Shown here: positions 21,192 through 32,857 of the stretch, one piece after another
Layout: each line of letters starts with the position of its first letter
Numbering within the stretch: position 1 is the first letter of the stretch
Assembly: GCA_965237955.1 (NCBI GenBank)
Contig: OZ250169.1
Span: 3,104,001 to 3,168,000 of the forward strand
Length of the DNA: 64,000 nt
Reading direction: 5' to 3'
Source: Candidatus Marinacidobacterales bacterium
GTDB taxonomy: Bacteria > Acidobacteriota > Vicinamibacteria > Marinacidobacterales > SMYC01
Notes under the pieces: generated by a model
What the model was told of the DNA's origin: nothing
Seen by the model: only the letters and a program-made list of their open reading frames with translations
Databases searched by the model: none
Position numbers and translations under genes: made by a program

Positions 21192-21940
21192 GCGAGCGAG
21201 GGACCACAGCGTCGATGCGATAAAAACGGGTGAAACCGCCAAACCCGGGGCCAGACGATGCGGCGCCAAAACGACGCGCGAGAATGCCTCAGGAAGCGTC
21301 TTCTCGAGCCAGGCCATACCCCAGCAACCCCCCGAAACCAGCCCCACATCGCCCGGGGTTCGGCCGCGGCAGGTCGCTGCCTACGGGAGCGGGAAGGTCG
21401 CTTCGCGTCTTTCCTTACGCCCGCTCCCTCCGGCACCGACCTGCCGCCCCTTGCTACACAACACGCAGGTAAGATAGGTTCACGTTTTCAATCAGTGGGA
21501 AGGAGGTCACCCAACACTTCATCGCTTCGATGAGCGTTCGGCTTCACCGGATTCGCTGTTCAGCTTGCTCTGGATTCGGCGTTCACGATGGCTGGAATAC
21601 GCACCGGATTTCGCTCTCAGCCAGAGCGGTGCAACAACGCCGGCTTATCGGGACGTTTTTGCGCTTAATCGTGCAGACAATGAGAAGACGCTCTACGCCT
21701 AGATCGCGCCTGAGGAGAAGGCGAATAGCGGAATTCGAATTAGCCAAACCTCGAATTCATCCAGCGGAGTTTTACGGAGGAAACGAAGATGACTCCGCAG
21801 ACGGTCCAGTACAAGGAGCTATCCGAGTCTGGAAACCATGACAGGGAATTTGGGCCAGTTTAAGTCTGATTGGTGGAGGCCAGTGTCGGAGAGCAGCTTG
21901 CTGCTAACCGAGGCCATTCACGAAGTGGGCGCTGGCAGGC

Positions 21941-23603
21941 TCACAGCGTTTTGACGAGCACTCGCTGTTTCTCCCAATCGTCGGGAAGCGGATGATGCAA
22001 GAGGTAGCTCGAGGTCAGCCCAACGGGCTGGCGGCCTTCGACAATGGCGCGGACGATGTCGGGAGCCAGGAAGGCATAACGGATTGCCTTGCGCACGCGG
22101 TCCGTTGGGATGGCGTTTTCGGTGGCAATCTGCTCATAGGTTTTGCCTGCTTTGATTCGGTCGAGCCAGGAGAGGGCGTTTCTGATATTGCGCAGGAGTG
22201 TGCGGTCGACGGATTTCGTGGGGTTGCCCAGAACGAGCTTGGTCTCGACGCCGCGTCGACGCAAGCGGAACGGTGCGAGGATGCGGAGTGCATCCTCGCG
22301 AATGCGGTCAGGTCCCATAGACAGGCAATCAGCGAACGCATTGCGGTCGAGCAGGATGGACACAGAGCCGGGGCTGATATCGACCTGCCGGATAAGACGG
22401 AGCAGGGGGGCTGCCGAGGCACTATCATCATTAGTATCGGAACACAGCCCGTCTAAAAAGCGACGCACCGAGGCGAGCTCTTGCATCGTCGGAGTGTGGA
22501 TCAACGAGGCCGAGAAGGTCGTGACATCCACATGCTGTCGGATGAGATGCACGACGGTCTGTTCCAGCATCGGGGCCGGGCAGTCGCCAGCCGGAGAGGT
22601 CCTTTTGACCACTGTGCTGGATGAGGCGCCGGGAGACGTAGTAGCGGAGCCGTTGCCCGTTTTTCTTTTTGGTGTGGCTCGGCGTCAGCCGGTCCCCGGT
22701 CTCGTCGAAGAGCTTGCTTGCCAGTGGGGAGGGGGCTGCACGGCCCTTCGTCGTGCGTCTCCTTGGTTTGGCAGCCCCTGCCTGCAGCTGTGTTTGGACC
22801 GCGTCCCAGAGCTCCGGAGCAATGATCGATGGATGCTGGCCCTCGTAGACACACCTCTGGTGCCGGATGCGGCCGGCGTAGAGAGGATTGGTCAGCAGGC
22901 AGTGGAGGTGTCCGCGACGGAACGGCAGCCCGCCCGTTCGGGTTCCATCCGCGGTGAAGCGTTGCTTGGTACGCAGTCTCAGACGGTCCGCCTCGGCCTT
23001 CACCTGCCGGAGCGTTTCGTGCTTTCGGTACAGCGCATAGAGCGTCCGGACCGTTTCGGCCTCAGCCTCGTTGATGCGCAGCGTGCGCCCGTCCTTCTCA
23101 TAGCCTAGCGGTACGCGGCCGCCCATCCATAGTCCCTTGCGCTTGGAGGCAGCGACCTTATCGCGGATCCGCTCGGCCGTGACCTCGCGTTCGAATTGTG
23201 CGAAGGACAGCAGCATATGCAGCGTCAGTCGTCCCATGCTGGTCGCGGTGTTGAAGGACTGAGTCACCGAGACGAAAACCGCGCCGGCCGCCTCGAGCCG
23301 CTCGACGAGCTTTGCAAAGTCGGAGAGGGAACGGGTCAGCCGGTCGACCTTGTAGACCACAATCTGCTCGACGAGACCTGCGTCGATGTCGGCGAGCAAG
23401 CGCTGCAGGCCCGGGCGCTCCAGGGTTCCTCCCGAGAGCCCCGCGTCCTCGTAGACGGTTGGCAGCAGCACCCAGCCCTCCGCTTTCTGGCTCGTGACAT
23501 ACGCGGCGCAGGCTTCTCGCTGCGCATCGAGGGAGTTGAACTCCTGTTCGAGACCCTCTTCCGCACTCTTTCGCGTATAGATGGCACAGCGGATCTTCTT
23601 CAT
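21941..23603 (-). pseudogene. Large serine recombinase, copy 2, +1 frameshift near 22576
   Basis: CGGGGCCGGG versus CGGGGCGGG in copies 1 and 3. Confidence 0.85.
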
Positions 23604-23604
23604 G

Positions 23605-24036
23605 TTAGGCCTTGCGCTTGGGCGTGAGACCGAAAAAGCGTGGTCCAGACCAGTGGGTGCCGGTGATTCGCTTTGCGATGGTAGTGAGGGACGGATAGGT
23701 TTTGCCATCGAACCGATAGCCGTTGTCGATTACCTCGACCTGGTAGGTCCGGCCATTCCACTCGCGGACGAGATGGGTGCCGGCAGAAACGGACCCTGCG
23801 AGAGCGCCGGGGCTTGGTGTCTCGTTCGCCATGGCAGCCAGAGCGCGCCGGGTTGCGGCCGAAAGCCCGCCATGGGTCCGGCACTGGCGTTCGTGCAAGA
23901 GAACGCGGCGCAGGAAAACACGCGAGAGCGAGCTTGGAGGAGCAGCCCCAAAGGTCTGCTCCCAGACCCGCCGTAAGCTGGCGAAGTCCAAACCGTCCAA
24001 AACGACGTTCCGGCCAACCCCTGTATCCTGCGGCAT
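23605..24036 (-). CDS. DUF2924 family protein, copy 2
   Basis: Near-identical to copy 1. Confidence 0.85.
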   Translation of the reverse strand: MPQDTGVGRNVVLDGLDFASLRRVWEQTFGAAPPSSLSRVFLRRVLLHERQCRTHGGLSAATRRALAAMANETPSPGALAGSVSAGTHLVREWNGRTYQVEVIDNGYRFDGKTYPSLTTIAKRITGTHWSGPRFFGLTPKRKA

Positions 24037-24359
24037 CACCGAACGTTCGCTCTTGTGCTCGATAAAGTCCAGTCTAATGAGGGACTTCCGGGTGCGCAGT
24101 TCACTGCCCGTAGCTCGCCCCGCAGCCGATTTGAGCCAGCCGTGCGCACCCCCGGTGGGCCTGTCGCTCGCCACCCGCAGCTCTGGGGTCGGAAGCCAGC
24201 CCTGCGGCGCGAAATACCCTCGATTTTGCGCGGATTCCAAGGGCGTCTAAGCTGCTGATTTGTGGTCTATTTCAAAAGAGCCGAGTTTTGGCACAGGACG
24301 GGGTAGCCGAAGCACGGCCGACCAGTTGACCTGACCCCACGGTTAGTACCACGTTGTAT

Positions 24360-24545
24360 CTCAGTAATTCGGCGCCGTATCCCATGGAAAAGCATGGACC
24401 ATTTGTTGCGCCGTCCACTCGGCAGAAGGATGTTCGGTGACATCGAGATACGGCGACGGTCGTGGCGAAGGACGATGAAGACGGACAGAACTCTGAAGGT
24501 TGCGGTCGGCAAAGTGAAAAAGTCGAGCGACACCAAGTCTTTTTG
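24360..24545 (-). pseudogene. Integrase-core (rve) transposase internal fragment
   Basis: DFFTLPTATFRVL..HDRRR..VTEHPSAEWTAQQM. Confidence 0.75.
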
Positions 24546-25491
24546 GCCCGGTCGCAAACCCAAACACAAAGCTACTGATTTATGGTCTATTTCAAAGGGG
24601 CCGAGTTTTGGCACAGGACGGGGTGGCGGATGGTGCAGGTTGGAGCTATCCGGTCTCGGCAAAAGGCGGTCCAGCTTTTGGCGGAAATCCTCAACCAGAA
24701 AAGCAAGTGGAAATTCAGGAGGTTTCGAGTTTCGCGCATTTCTTGACTTTTTTGACGCGTACACAGGTTTTGCGAGAAGGCTGTTTTACGCCCTCTCGGG
24801 TTTCAACCATGATGCCAATTTCGTTCCATCCTATTCCCCTACAGTGATTTAACGGCCTCCGTCACGTGCTGGTCCCCGCACGCATTATCGACGGGTGGTC
24901 GTTCGAGCCGGAATTTTAATTGGCTTTAATCAGATTTTCTATACGGCAATTTCAACCTCCTGGACGCCTGAAAGAAGGCCGTGTCGTGAACCCTCCGGCG
25001 CCACCGCCGACCGTTACTCATTGTTATAAAAAGCTTTACGTCTCATCAGCGAATATTCGTCGACGGGAACATCTTTCCAGCTATCGCAGTCGGGAGGCTT
25101 GAGTGGGGGCGAGTGGAGCTTCCGGTTCTTGGCTGGAAACGATCAGAAACAGAGCAAAACAGGTCCTTAGCGTGCAATTTGGGGCGATTTTGGGGCTTAT
25201 CGTGTCGTTTTTGCACTTAATCGCGCAGACAATGAGAAGACGCTCAACGCCTAGATCGCGCCTGAGGAGAAGGCAAATGGCGGAATTCGAATTGGCCAAA
25301 CCTCGAATTCATCCAGCGGAGTTTTATGGAGGAAACGAAGATGACTCCGCAGACGGTCCAGTACAAGGAGCTATCCGAGTCTGGAAACCATGACAGGGAA
25401 TTTGGGCCAGTTTGAGGCTGATTGGTGGAGGCCAGTGTCGGAGAGCAGCTTGCTGCTAACCGAGCCGATTCACGGAGTGGGCGCTGGAGGC

Positions 25492-27153
25492 TCACAGCGT
25501 TTTGACGAGCACTCGCTGTTTCTCCCAATCGTCGGGAAGCGGATGATGCAAGAGGTAGCTCGAGGTCAGCCCAACGGGCTGGCGGCCTTCGACAATGGCG
25601 CGGACGATGTCAGGAGCCAGGAAGGCATAACGGATTGCCTTGCGCACGCGGTCCGTTGGGATGGCGTCTTCGGTGGCAATCTCCTCATAGGTTTTGCCTG
25701 CTTTGATTCGGTCGAGCCAGGAGCGGGCGTTTCTGATATTGCGCAGGAGTGTGCGGTCGACGGATTTCGTGGGGTTGCCCAGAACGAGCTTGGTCTCGAC
25801 GCCGCGTCGGCGCAAGCGGAACGGTGCGAGGATGCGGAGTGCATCCTCGCGAATGCGGTCAGGTCCCATAGAGAGGCAAGCAGCGAACGCATTGCGGTCG
25901 AGCAGGATGGACACAGAGCCAGGGCTGATGTCGACCCGCCGGATAAGACGGAGCAGGGGGGCTGCCGAGGCACTATCATCATTACTGCCGGAACACAGCC
26001 CGTCTAAAAAGCGACGCACCGAGGCGAGCTCTTGCATCGTCGGAGTGTGGATCAACGAGGCCGAGAAGGTCGTGGCATCCACATGCTGTCGGATGAGATG
26101 CACGGCGGTCTGTTCCAGCATCGGGGCGGGCAGTCGCCAGCCGGAGAGGTCCTTTTGGCCACTGTGCTGGATGAGGCGCCGGGAGACGTAGTAGCGGAGC
26201 CGTTGCCCGTTTTTCTTTTTGGTGTGGCTCGGCGTCAGCCGGTCCCCGGTCTCGTCGAAGAGCTTGCCTGCCAGTGGGGAGGGGGCTGCACGGCCCTTCG
26301 TCGTGCGTCTCCTTGGTTTGGCAGCCCCTGCCTGCAGCTGCGTTTGGACCGCGTCCCAGAGCTCCGGAGCAATGATCGATGGATGCTGGCCCTCGTAGAC
26401 ACGCCTCTGGTGCCGGATGCGGCCGGCGTAGAGAGGATTGGTCAGCAGGCAGTGGAGGTGTCCGCGACGGAACGGCAGCCCGCCCGTTCGGGTTCCATCC
26501 GCGGTGAAGCGTTGCTTGGTACGCAGTCTCAGACGGTCCGCCTCGGCCTTCACCTGCCGGAGCGTTTCGTGCTTTCGGTACAGCGCATAGAGCGTCCGGA
26601 CCGTTTCGGCCTCAGCCTCGTTGATGCGCAGCGTGCGCCCGTCCTTCTCATAGCCGAGCGGTACGCGGCCGCCCATCCATAGTCCCTTGCGCTTGGAGGC
26701 AGCGACCTTATCGCGGATCCGCTCGGCCGTGACCTCCCGCTCGAATTGTGCGAAGGACAGCAGCATATGCAGCGTCAGTCGTCCCATGCTGGTCGCGGTG
26801 TTGAAGGACTGAGTCACCGAGACGAAAACCGCGCCGGCAGCCTCGAGCCGCTCGACGAGCTTTGCAAAGTCGGAGAGGGAACGGGTCAGCCGGTCGACCT
26901 TGTAGACCACAATCTGCTCGACGAGACCTGCGTCGATGTCGGCGAGCAAGCGCTGCAGGCCCGGGCGCTCCAGGGTTCCTCCCGAGAGCCCCGCGTCCTC
27001 GTAGACGGTTGGCAGCAGCACCCAGCCCTCCGCTTTCTGGCTCGCGACATACGCGGCGCAGGCTTCTCGCTGCGCATCGAGGGAGTTGAACTCCTGTTCG
27101 AGACCCTCTTCCGCACTCTTTCGCGTATAGATGGCACAGCGGATCTTCTTCAT
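25492..27153 (-). CDS. Large serine recombinase, copy 3
   Basis: Intact ORF near-identical to copy 1. Confidence 0.92.
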   Translation of the reverse strand: MKKIRCAIYTRKSAEEGLEQEFNSLDAQREACAAYVASQKAEGWVLLPTVYEDAGLSGGTLERPGLQRLLADIDAGLVEQIVVYKVDRLTRSLSDFAKLVERLEAAGAVFVSVTQSFNTATSMGRLTLHMLLSFAQFEREVTAERIRDKVAASKRKGLWMGGRVPLGYEKDGRTLRINEAEAETVRTLYALYRKHETLRQVKAEADRLRLRTKQRFTADGTRTGGLPFRRGHLHCLLTNPLYAGRIRHQRRVYEGQHPSIIAPELWDAVQTQLQAGAAKPRRRTTKGRAAPSPLAGKLFDETGDRLTPSHTKKKNGQRLRYYVSRRLIQHSGQKDLSGWRLPAPMLEQTAVHLIRQHVDATTFSASLIHTPTMQELASVRRFLDGLCSGSNDDSASAAPLLRLIRRVDISPGSVSILLDRNAFAACLSMGPDRIREDALRILAPFRLRRRGVETKLVLGNPTKSVDRTLLRNIRNARSWLDRIKAGKTYEEIATEDAIPTDRVRKAIRYAFLAPDIVRAIVEGRQPVGLTSSYLLHHPLPDDWEKQRVLVKTL

Positions 27154-27154
27154 G

Positions 27155-27586
27155 TTAGGCCTTGCGCTTGGGCGTGAGACCGAAAAAGCGTGGTCCAGAC
27201 CAGTGGGTGCTGGTGATTCGCTTTGCGATGGTAGTGAGGGACGGATAGGTTTTGCCATCGAACCGATAGCCGTTGTCGATTACCTCGACCTGGTAGGTCC
27301 GGCCATTCCACTCGCGGACGAGATGGGTGCCGGCAGAAACGGACCCTGCGAGAGCGCCGGAGCTTGGTGTCTCGTTCGCCATGGCAGCCAGAGCGCGCCG
27401 GGTTGCGGCCGAAAGCCCGCCATGGGTCCGGCACTGGCGTTCGTGCAAGAGAACGCGGCGCAGGAAAACACGCGAGAGCGAGCTTGGAGGAGCAGCCCCA
27501 AAGGTCTGCTCCCAGACCCGCCGTAAGCTGGCGAAGTCCAAACCGTCCAAAACGACGTTCCGGCCAACCCCTGTATCCTGCGGCAT
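27155..27586 (-). CDS. DUF2924 family protein, copy 3
   Basis: Near-identical to copy 2. Confidence 0.85.
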   Translation of the reverse strand: MPQDTGVGRNVVLDGLDFASLRRVWEQTFGAAPPSSLSRVFLRRVLLHERQCRTHGGLSAATRRALAAMANETPSSGALAGSVSAGTHLVREWNGRTYQVEVIDNGYRFDGKTYPSLTTIAKRITSTHWSGPRFFGLTPKRKA

Positions 27587-28158
27587 CACCGAACGTTCGC
27601 TCTTGTGCTCGATAAAGTCCAGTCTAATGAGGGGCTTCCGGGTGCGCAGTCCGCTGCCCGCAGCTCGCCCCGCAGCCCAAGGGTCGGCGGATTCCAAGGG
27701 CGTCTAAGCTGCTGATTTGTGGTCTATTTCAAGAGGGCCGAGTTTTGGCACAGGACGCGGTTCTCCTCTTGCTGGTAGTCGATCACATCCTGCTGCTGGC
27801 GGTTGACCCAGCCAGCTAGAACGAGCAGTAGGAATTGCGCGTGGTACGTCATCATAGATCTGAAGATAACACCCTCGGGCCAGACGATTGTAAAGCCTAC
27901 GGCCCTTGGCCCGGTCGCAAACACAGACACTAAGCTGCTGATTTATGGTCTATTTCAAAAGGGCCGAGTTTTGGCACAGGACGGGGAGGTCATGGGGACT
28001 ATTGATATTAACTTTGGGGGGTACTTTCGAGTGAACGAACGATTTCGGTCACTCCCCGATGACCTCCGCCCACGCGGGCAGTGCCATTGCTGTCAAATTG
28101 GGCTGGCGTCTGACAGACTGGGAGGATGAAAAGGGACACGCCGAGCGGTGCTTGCGCT

Positions 28159-29600
28159 CGTCATGTCCAAAAATACAAACGAACTCAAGACCATCTCGCC
28201 GGGACGTTTCGGAATAGACGTATCTACGCTTGATTGGCCAATGGGAGCTAGTCCCCTGTATCAGAACAAACTAGATAAAGCAGAGCTTGCCGAAACCCTT
28301 CTAAGTGCATGAATCTTATGAATCTTATGGGCTGGCGAAAAGCCTAACTTTGTATAGTAATCAAAGATCCATGGGACTAGAATCCTCGGTCATGAGCACG
28401 CCGATCCAGCCCTTGACTTTGTTGGTCGTCGCCATCGCTGGTTGGCTCCAGCGTGACCAACAGGCCGCTATGGTCTACTTGCTCGAGGAGAACAAAGTCC
28501 TCAAAGCTCGGCTTTGCGGGAGGAAGCTTCGTCTCACAGACGACGAGCGACGTCGGCTCGCGGTAAAGGGTAAGGCGCTTGGCCGGAAACCCTGCTGGCT
28601 TGGCACCGAAGGCTGATTGCGCGGAAGTGGGACTACAGCGAGCGGCGGAAACAGCCCGGACGGCCCCTGGGTCATGGCCGAGATTAGCAAGCTTGTCGTA
28701 GGGATGGCGCAGTCGAATCCGAGGTGGGGGTATACACGCATTCGCGGCGCCCTCTCGAATCTCGGCCATACGGTAGCCAGGAGCACCATCGCCAATATTC
28801 TGCGAGAACATGGCATCGAGCCTGCGCCGGAGCGAAGTGAGCGAACGCCATGGCGCACGTTTCTCGCCGCCCATTGGGAAACCGTTGCTGCGACCGACTT
28901 TTTCACCGTCGAGGTCGCCACAGTTCGCAGGCTCGTGACCTAACTATGTGCTCGTCGTCATCGAGCTGTCTTCGCGAAAAGTGCACATTGCCGGAATCAC
29001 TCCGGGGCCGGATGGCCCGTTCATGATGCAGGTCGGTCGGAATCTCACCGACCCATTCGACGGCTTTCTGCGCGGCAAGCGATTCCTCATCCTGGACCGC
29101 GACAAGAAGTTCACCACGGAGTTTCGCGATTTGCTCGAGCACGCCGGAACGGACGTCATTCGGCTGCCGCACCGTTCGCCGAATCTGAACGCTTATGTCG
29201 AAAGGTTTGTTTTGTCGATCAAGAGCGAGTGCTTGGAGCGGATGATCTTCTTCAGTGAGCAATCGCTGCGCCGTGCCGTCGCTGAGTTCATCCATCATTA
29301 TCACGGAGAGCGCAACCATCAAGGGCTCGGGAACGCGTTGCTCGAAGCGGAAGAATGCGTCGGCAGTCCTCACGGGAAAGTGCGATGTCGTAAGCGATTG
29401 GGCGGCTTGCTCAGCTATTACCACCGCGACGCCGCATAGGAGTTCGGGCGCGCCAGTTGGACGGAACGGATGGTCTGCAGGAGAGGTCTGCTCGGGGTCG
29501 CCTATCGCAGAGCCAGTACCGCGTCGGCTGGTCTCCGCGAGTTTTGAGAACGCCTCTAGGATTCGACCTTGCCGCTCCGTTCGCGTTTTCGGACAGGACG
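28159..29600 (+). mobile_element. Integrase-core (rve, IS481/IS3-like) IS with both IRs ('type 2' ends); transposase 28392-29439 disrupted
   Basis: IRL CGTCATGTCCAAAAATACAAACG and IRR CGTTCGCGTTTTCGGACAGGACG; [39 protein letters not shown]; breaks at ~28590 and ~28943. Confidence 0.85.
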
Positions 29601-29699
29601 GGCAAGCCGTAACCCTAAAGCGTACCTTGGTAGAGCGCCAGGGGTTGGCCTCGGAAGGTGTGACAAACGTTTCAAGGTTTCATCGCGAACTGAAGGCCG

Positions 29700-29900
29700 C
29701 CTTGCAACAATAACTCGATTTCGCCGTCAGGTCTTGATAACGCAGCTTGCGGTTGAAGGATTCCACATACCTGTTCTCCCACGGACTGCCGGGCTCGATG
29801 AACAACGTCTCAACGTCCAGGGTCTCAAGATTGGGTTGCCCGAGATTCGAGCTGCCCACGATCGTGTTCACCTGGACAAACATCAAGGCTACAGTAAAGT
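29700..29900 (-). pseudogene. IS3-family transposase remnant
   Basis: IEPGSPWENRYVESFNRKLR. Confidence 0.65.
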
Positions 29901-29966
29901 GACCGCCGAAGCGTCGACTACGCCGACCAGTAGTTTTCCGCTCAATCTTAATCTCAATCAGACCCT

Positions 29967-30920
29967 CTAGAAAAGGTACTTTAAGTTCAGGCCGACGCCG
30001 AACATTTGGATGTCGCCGACCTCAAGGCCGCCCGACACAGGCTCGCTGCCATCCCTGCGAAGATTGGGCGGGTGGCTGCGCAGTGGATCCCAGACAATAC
30101 TGTCGTCGTTTCGAAAAGAATGAAAGTTAACCCAGCGTCCCTTAACCCCGAGCAGTAATGCCTCCGTGAGCGCGTAGTCCACACCAAATAATACCTGGTA
30201 GCCGAACAGCGTATCGCTGAGCACGGTCTGTGCGCTGCTAGTCGATCCGGCAAGGGTCTGACGGATCTGCTCCACATTGTCTAGCCCCTCCCCGGTCGTG
30301 ATCGCATTCGCATCAAGGTTCCTCTGCCACAGGGAACCATAATCCATATTGGTAAACCCGGTGCCCACACCAACCCCGACATACGGCGTAAGCCGGCTAG
30401 CGTTCTTAAAATCGAAATACAGGTTGGCAAACAAGTTGTGCGAGGTAAGGCTGCCGATGCGGTCTGTGGCTACCTGGAGTTCCTGGGCGAGCTTGTCACC
30501 GGAGGCTCCAGTGGCCCCGGGAATATCGGAAGTTTGGTCATGGCCGGTGTCACGGTAGAAGTATTCCAGTTCAAAACGGAAGGAGTTATCCGCGAAGCGA
30601 TAGCCGAGCGCCATACCGAACAGAGGGCCCTTGGCGGAATCGAATGCGTTTTGCCAATCGTCACCCTGACCGCGATTTGCGCCGGTGCAGTTGTAGTTCT
30701 CGTACCCCAGAGTGCCCATGACTGTATCGAACGCAGGGTTGATGTATTCGTCACACACACTCGCCCGGTCGTTGCTGAATCCGACCATATCCAACGACGA
30801 GCCGAAATTCGCTCCCCACTCGCTGCCGAAATAGAACCCCGATTGGGCGTGCGCCGGGGTGCCTATCCAGAATGTAATGAAGATAACTATCAAAATTACG
30901 GACTGGAAAAACTTGTTCAT
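29967..30920 (-). CDS. Outer membrane beta-barrel protein (opacity/Msp4-like porin family)
   Basis: Signal peptide (AHA|Q), RFELEY, FANLYFDF..TPYVGVGVG, C-terminal aromatic LKYLF. Confidence 0.8.
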   Translation of the reverse strand: MNKFFQSVILIVIFITFWIGTPAHAQSGFYFGSEWGANFGSSLDMVGFSNDRASVCDEYINPAFDTVMGTLGYENYNCTGANRGQGDDWQNAFDSAKGPLFGMALGYRFADNSFRFELEYFYRDTGHDQTSDIPGATGASGDKLAQELQVATDRIGSLTSHNLFANLYFDFKNASRLTPYVGVGVGTGFTNMDYGSLWQRNLDANAITTGEGLDNVEQIRQTLAGSTSSAQTVLSDTLFGYQVLFGVDYALTEALLLGVKGRWVNFHSFRNDDSIVWDPLRSHPPNLRRDGSEPVSGGLEVGDIQMFGVGLNLKYLF

Positions 30921-30960
30921 GAAGTCCCTCTCACTTTTGTCGAAATACTCATGCGTACAT

Positions 30961-31325
30961 TGTACCGCGCCCGGTGATCCGCTCCGGGTTTTCCGGAGGC
31001 TCTATTTCTTGAGAGGATGGGAGTCATTATGGGAAGATCAACGCGATATTCTTCAGAAGTTCGTGAGCGTGCCGTCGGGATGGTGTTGGAGCATCGGGAC
31101 GAGTACGAATCGCAATGGGCGTCGCTGACGTCGATTGCCTCGAAGACCGGGTATGCAAGCGGCTTATTCTCAGCTTGTCTGCCAGGGCTGCCTTCGTCAA
31201 TCCCTCCTGCAAATGCTCTCGCAGCAACACTCGTTTCTCCCTTCCGTACATGGGTCGCCTCCGCTCTTGAGGGACTACTTTGTCTGAAGGGCCGCGGTCC
31301 TCGTGAGATCAAAATACTCATGCGC
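30961..31325. pseudogene. Abutting IS3 orfA (+) and IS21 istA (-) 5' remnants
   Basis: MGRSTRYSSEVRERAVGMVLEH (+); MYGREKRVLLREHLQEGLTKAALA (-). Confidence 0.65.
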
Positions 31326-31328
31326 CTT

Positions 31329-31531
31329 CTGTCCAAAAACACAAACGAACTCAAGACTGGCGCGCCGGGACGTTTCGGATCAGAGACGTCTGAGGCTTGG
31401 TTGGCCAATGGAAGCTAGAATCCTCGGTCATGAGGAGGCAGAGCCAGCCCTGAACCTTGTTGGTCGTCGCCATCGCTGGCTGGCTCCAGCGTGACCAACA
31501 GGCCGCTATCGTTTGTGTTTTTGGACACGAC
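31329..31531. mobile_element. Miniature derivative of the type 2 IS (two facing left ends)
   Basis: TGTCCAAAAACACAAACG ... CGTTTGTGTTTTTGGACACGACG around the transposase's first codons. Confidence 0.7.
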
Positions 31532-31793
31532 GGCGTCAGCACGCGGGCGTCGACACCGAAACGCCGGTAGTTGTGATAGGTGGCCGTGCATCAGTGATGG
31601 CGGTCTGGACCGCCCCGCCGGCCGCCGTGCTCCGCACCTCCACGGTCACGCCGGGCAGCACAGCATCCGTGGCGTCTCTGACCGTGCCGCTAATGGTCCC
31701 GTCCTCCTGGGCGCTGACGCTCGGAGCGAGCGCCAGCGCGGCGAGGACCGCCGAGGTGATCATGACGATTGACTGTCGGCGAGACTGGGGCAT
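31532..31793 (-). pseudogene. TonB-dependent receptor N-terminal fragment
   Basis: Signal peptide + GTISGTVRDATDAVLPGVTVEV, similar to the 47236 ORF. Confidence 0.7.
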
Positions 31794-31929
31794 CTTCTTT
31801 CCCTTTCAGCGACTCGGGCGTGGAGGCAGACTCCTTCACAGGATTTGCCTGTCGGTCAGCTGTAAGTCACTCAAAACACGTGATTCTACTACGAATACGT
31901 GTGATATTCACGTATTCTTTAATCGATGG

Positions 31930-32227
31930 TCTCGGGATGGAGCAGGTCCTTACCGCACCGCACTCCCCGTGGCAGAATCCATTTGTCGAAAGGATGCTCG
32001 GCTCCATTCGATGTGAGTGTCTCGACCACGTGATCGTCCTCGACGAGCACTACCTGAGTCGAATCCTACGCAAATACGTCAACTACTATCACTCGTGCCG
32101 GACTCATTTGTCACTTGAGAAGGACGCGCCCGAGCCTCGCCGGGTAGAGTCGTCGGCGATGGGCAAAGTGAAAGCCATTCCAAAGGTCGGTGGCCTCCAT
32201 CATTACTACACTCGACACGCTGCTTGA
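31930..32227 (+). pseudogene. Integrase-core transposase C-terminal fragment
   Basis: SPWQNPFVERMLGSIRCECLDH..VGGLHHYY. Confidence 0.8.
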
Positions 32228-32452
32228 GTCCGCGCCGCTCGGAACGGCTGCGGGACTTCGCACCAGGTTCCACCTCTGCCCCTGAGTAGAGCCGACGCCG
32301 GCTCTCAAAACGTCCTACATGAAGACGACCAAAGCATCCCGGTTGTAGGCAGTTCGCCAATCTCATGCAGCTCGAGTTTATGAAAGGGACAGGCGTAGCA
32401 GCACTTGGTGGCAGCTGCACCGACATCATTTCATCAAACACCGGGTTGAGAA

Positions 32453-32791
32453 TTAGCGGCGGCGGCGATCACGATCGTCATTCACAGCTTCACGAACGCG
32501 ATAGGCCAACTCGACGACATCTTTGGCAACAGCTACCGCTTCATCGTCGGAGAGCATCTCGATCGACGGCTTATAACGGCCCTCCCGCTCGGACCCGGCC
32601 GATGACGTTACGCTTTGCCAGACACGCTCATAGATTGGCTTGCAATAACTTGGTAGGACGGGCTCCGGCACAAAGACAAGACCTTTGTGGCAGGCCTTGA
32701 TCAGTCGCTCTTGGATGCGTCCGGGATGCGTCGCGAGGATCCCAACGGCTGTCCAGAGCTTCCCGTTGGCATAGATCAAAGTACCCATCAT
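32453..32791 (-). CDS. Hypothetical protein
   Basis: AGAGGAGGA RBS and a 112-aa ORF; no recognised motif. Confidence 0.55.
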   Translation of the reverse strand: MMGTLIYANGKLWTAVGILATHPGRIQERLIKACHKGLVFVPEPVLPSYCKPIYERVWQSVTSSAGSEREGRYKPSIEMLSDDEAVAVAKDVVELAYRVREAVNDDRDRRRR

Positions 32792-32857
32792 TCCTCCTCT
32801 GTTCTTTGCCGTCGGCGGGATGTCCGATATTACCTTCTGCAAGGTGCTTCCGCAGTT

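Larger units (their letters stand above)
18663..21603 (+). mobile_element. IS21-family element, full length
   Basis: Ends TGCGTATTCC...GGAATACGCA; multiple subterminal GTGAAC(A/G)C..ATTCC repeats at 18676-18820 and 21530-21590; istA-istB. Confidence 0.92.
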
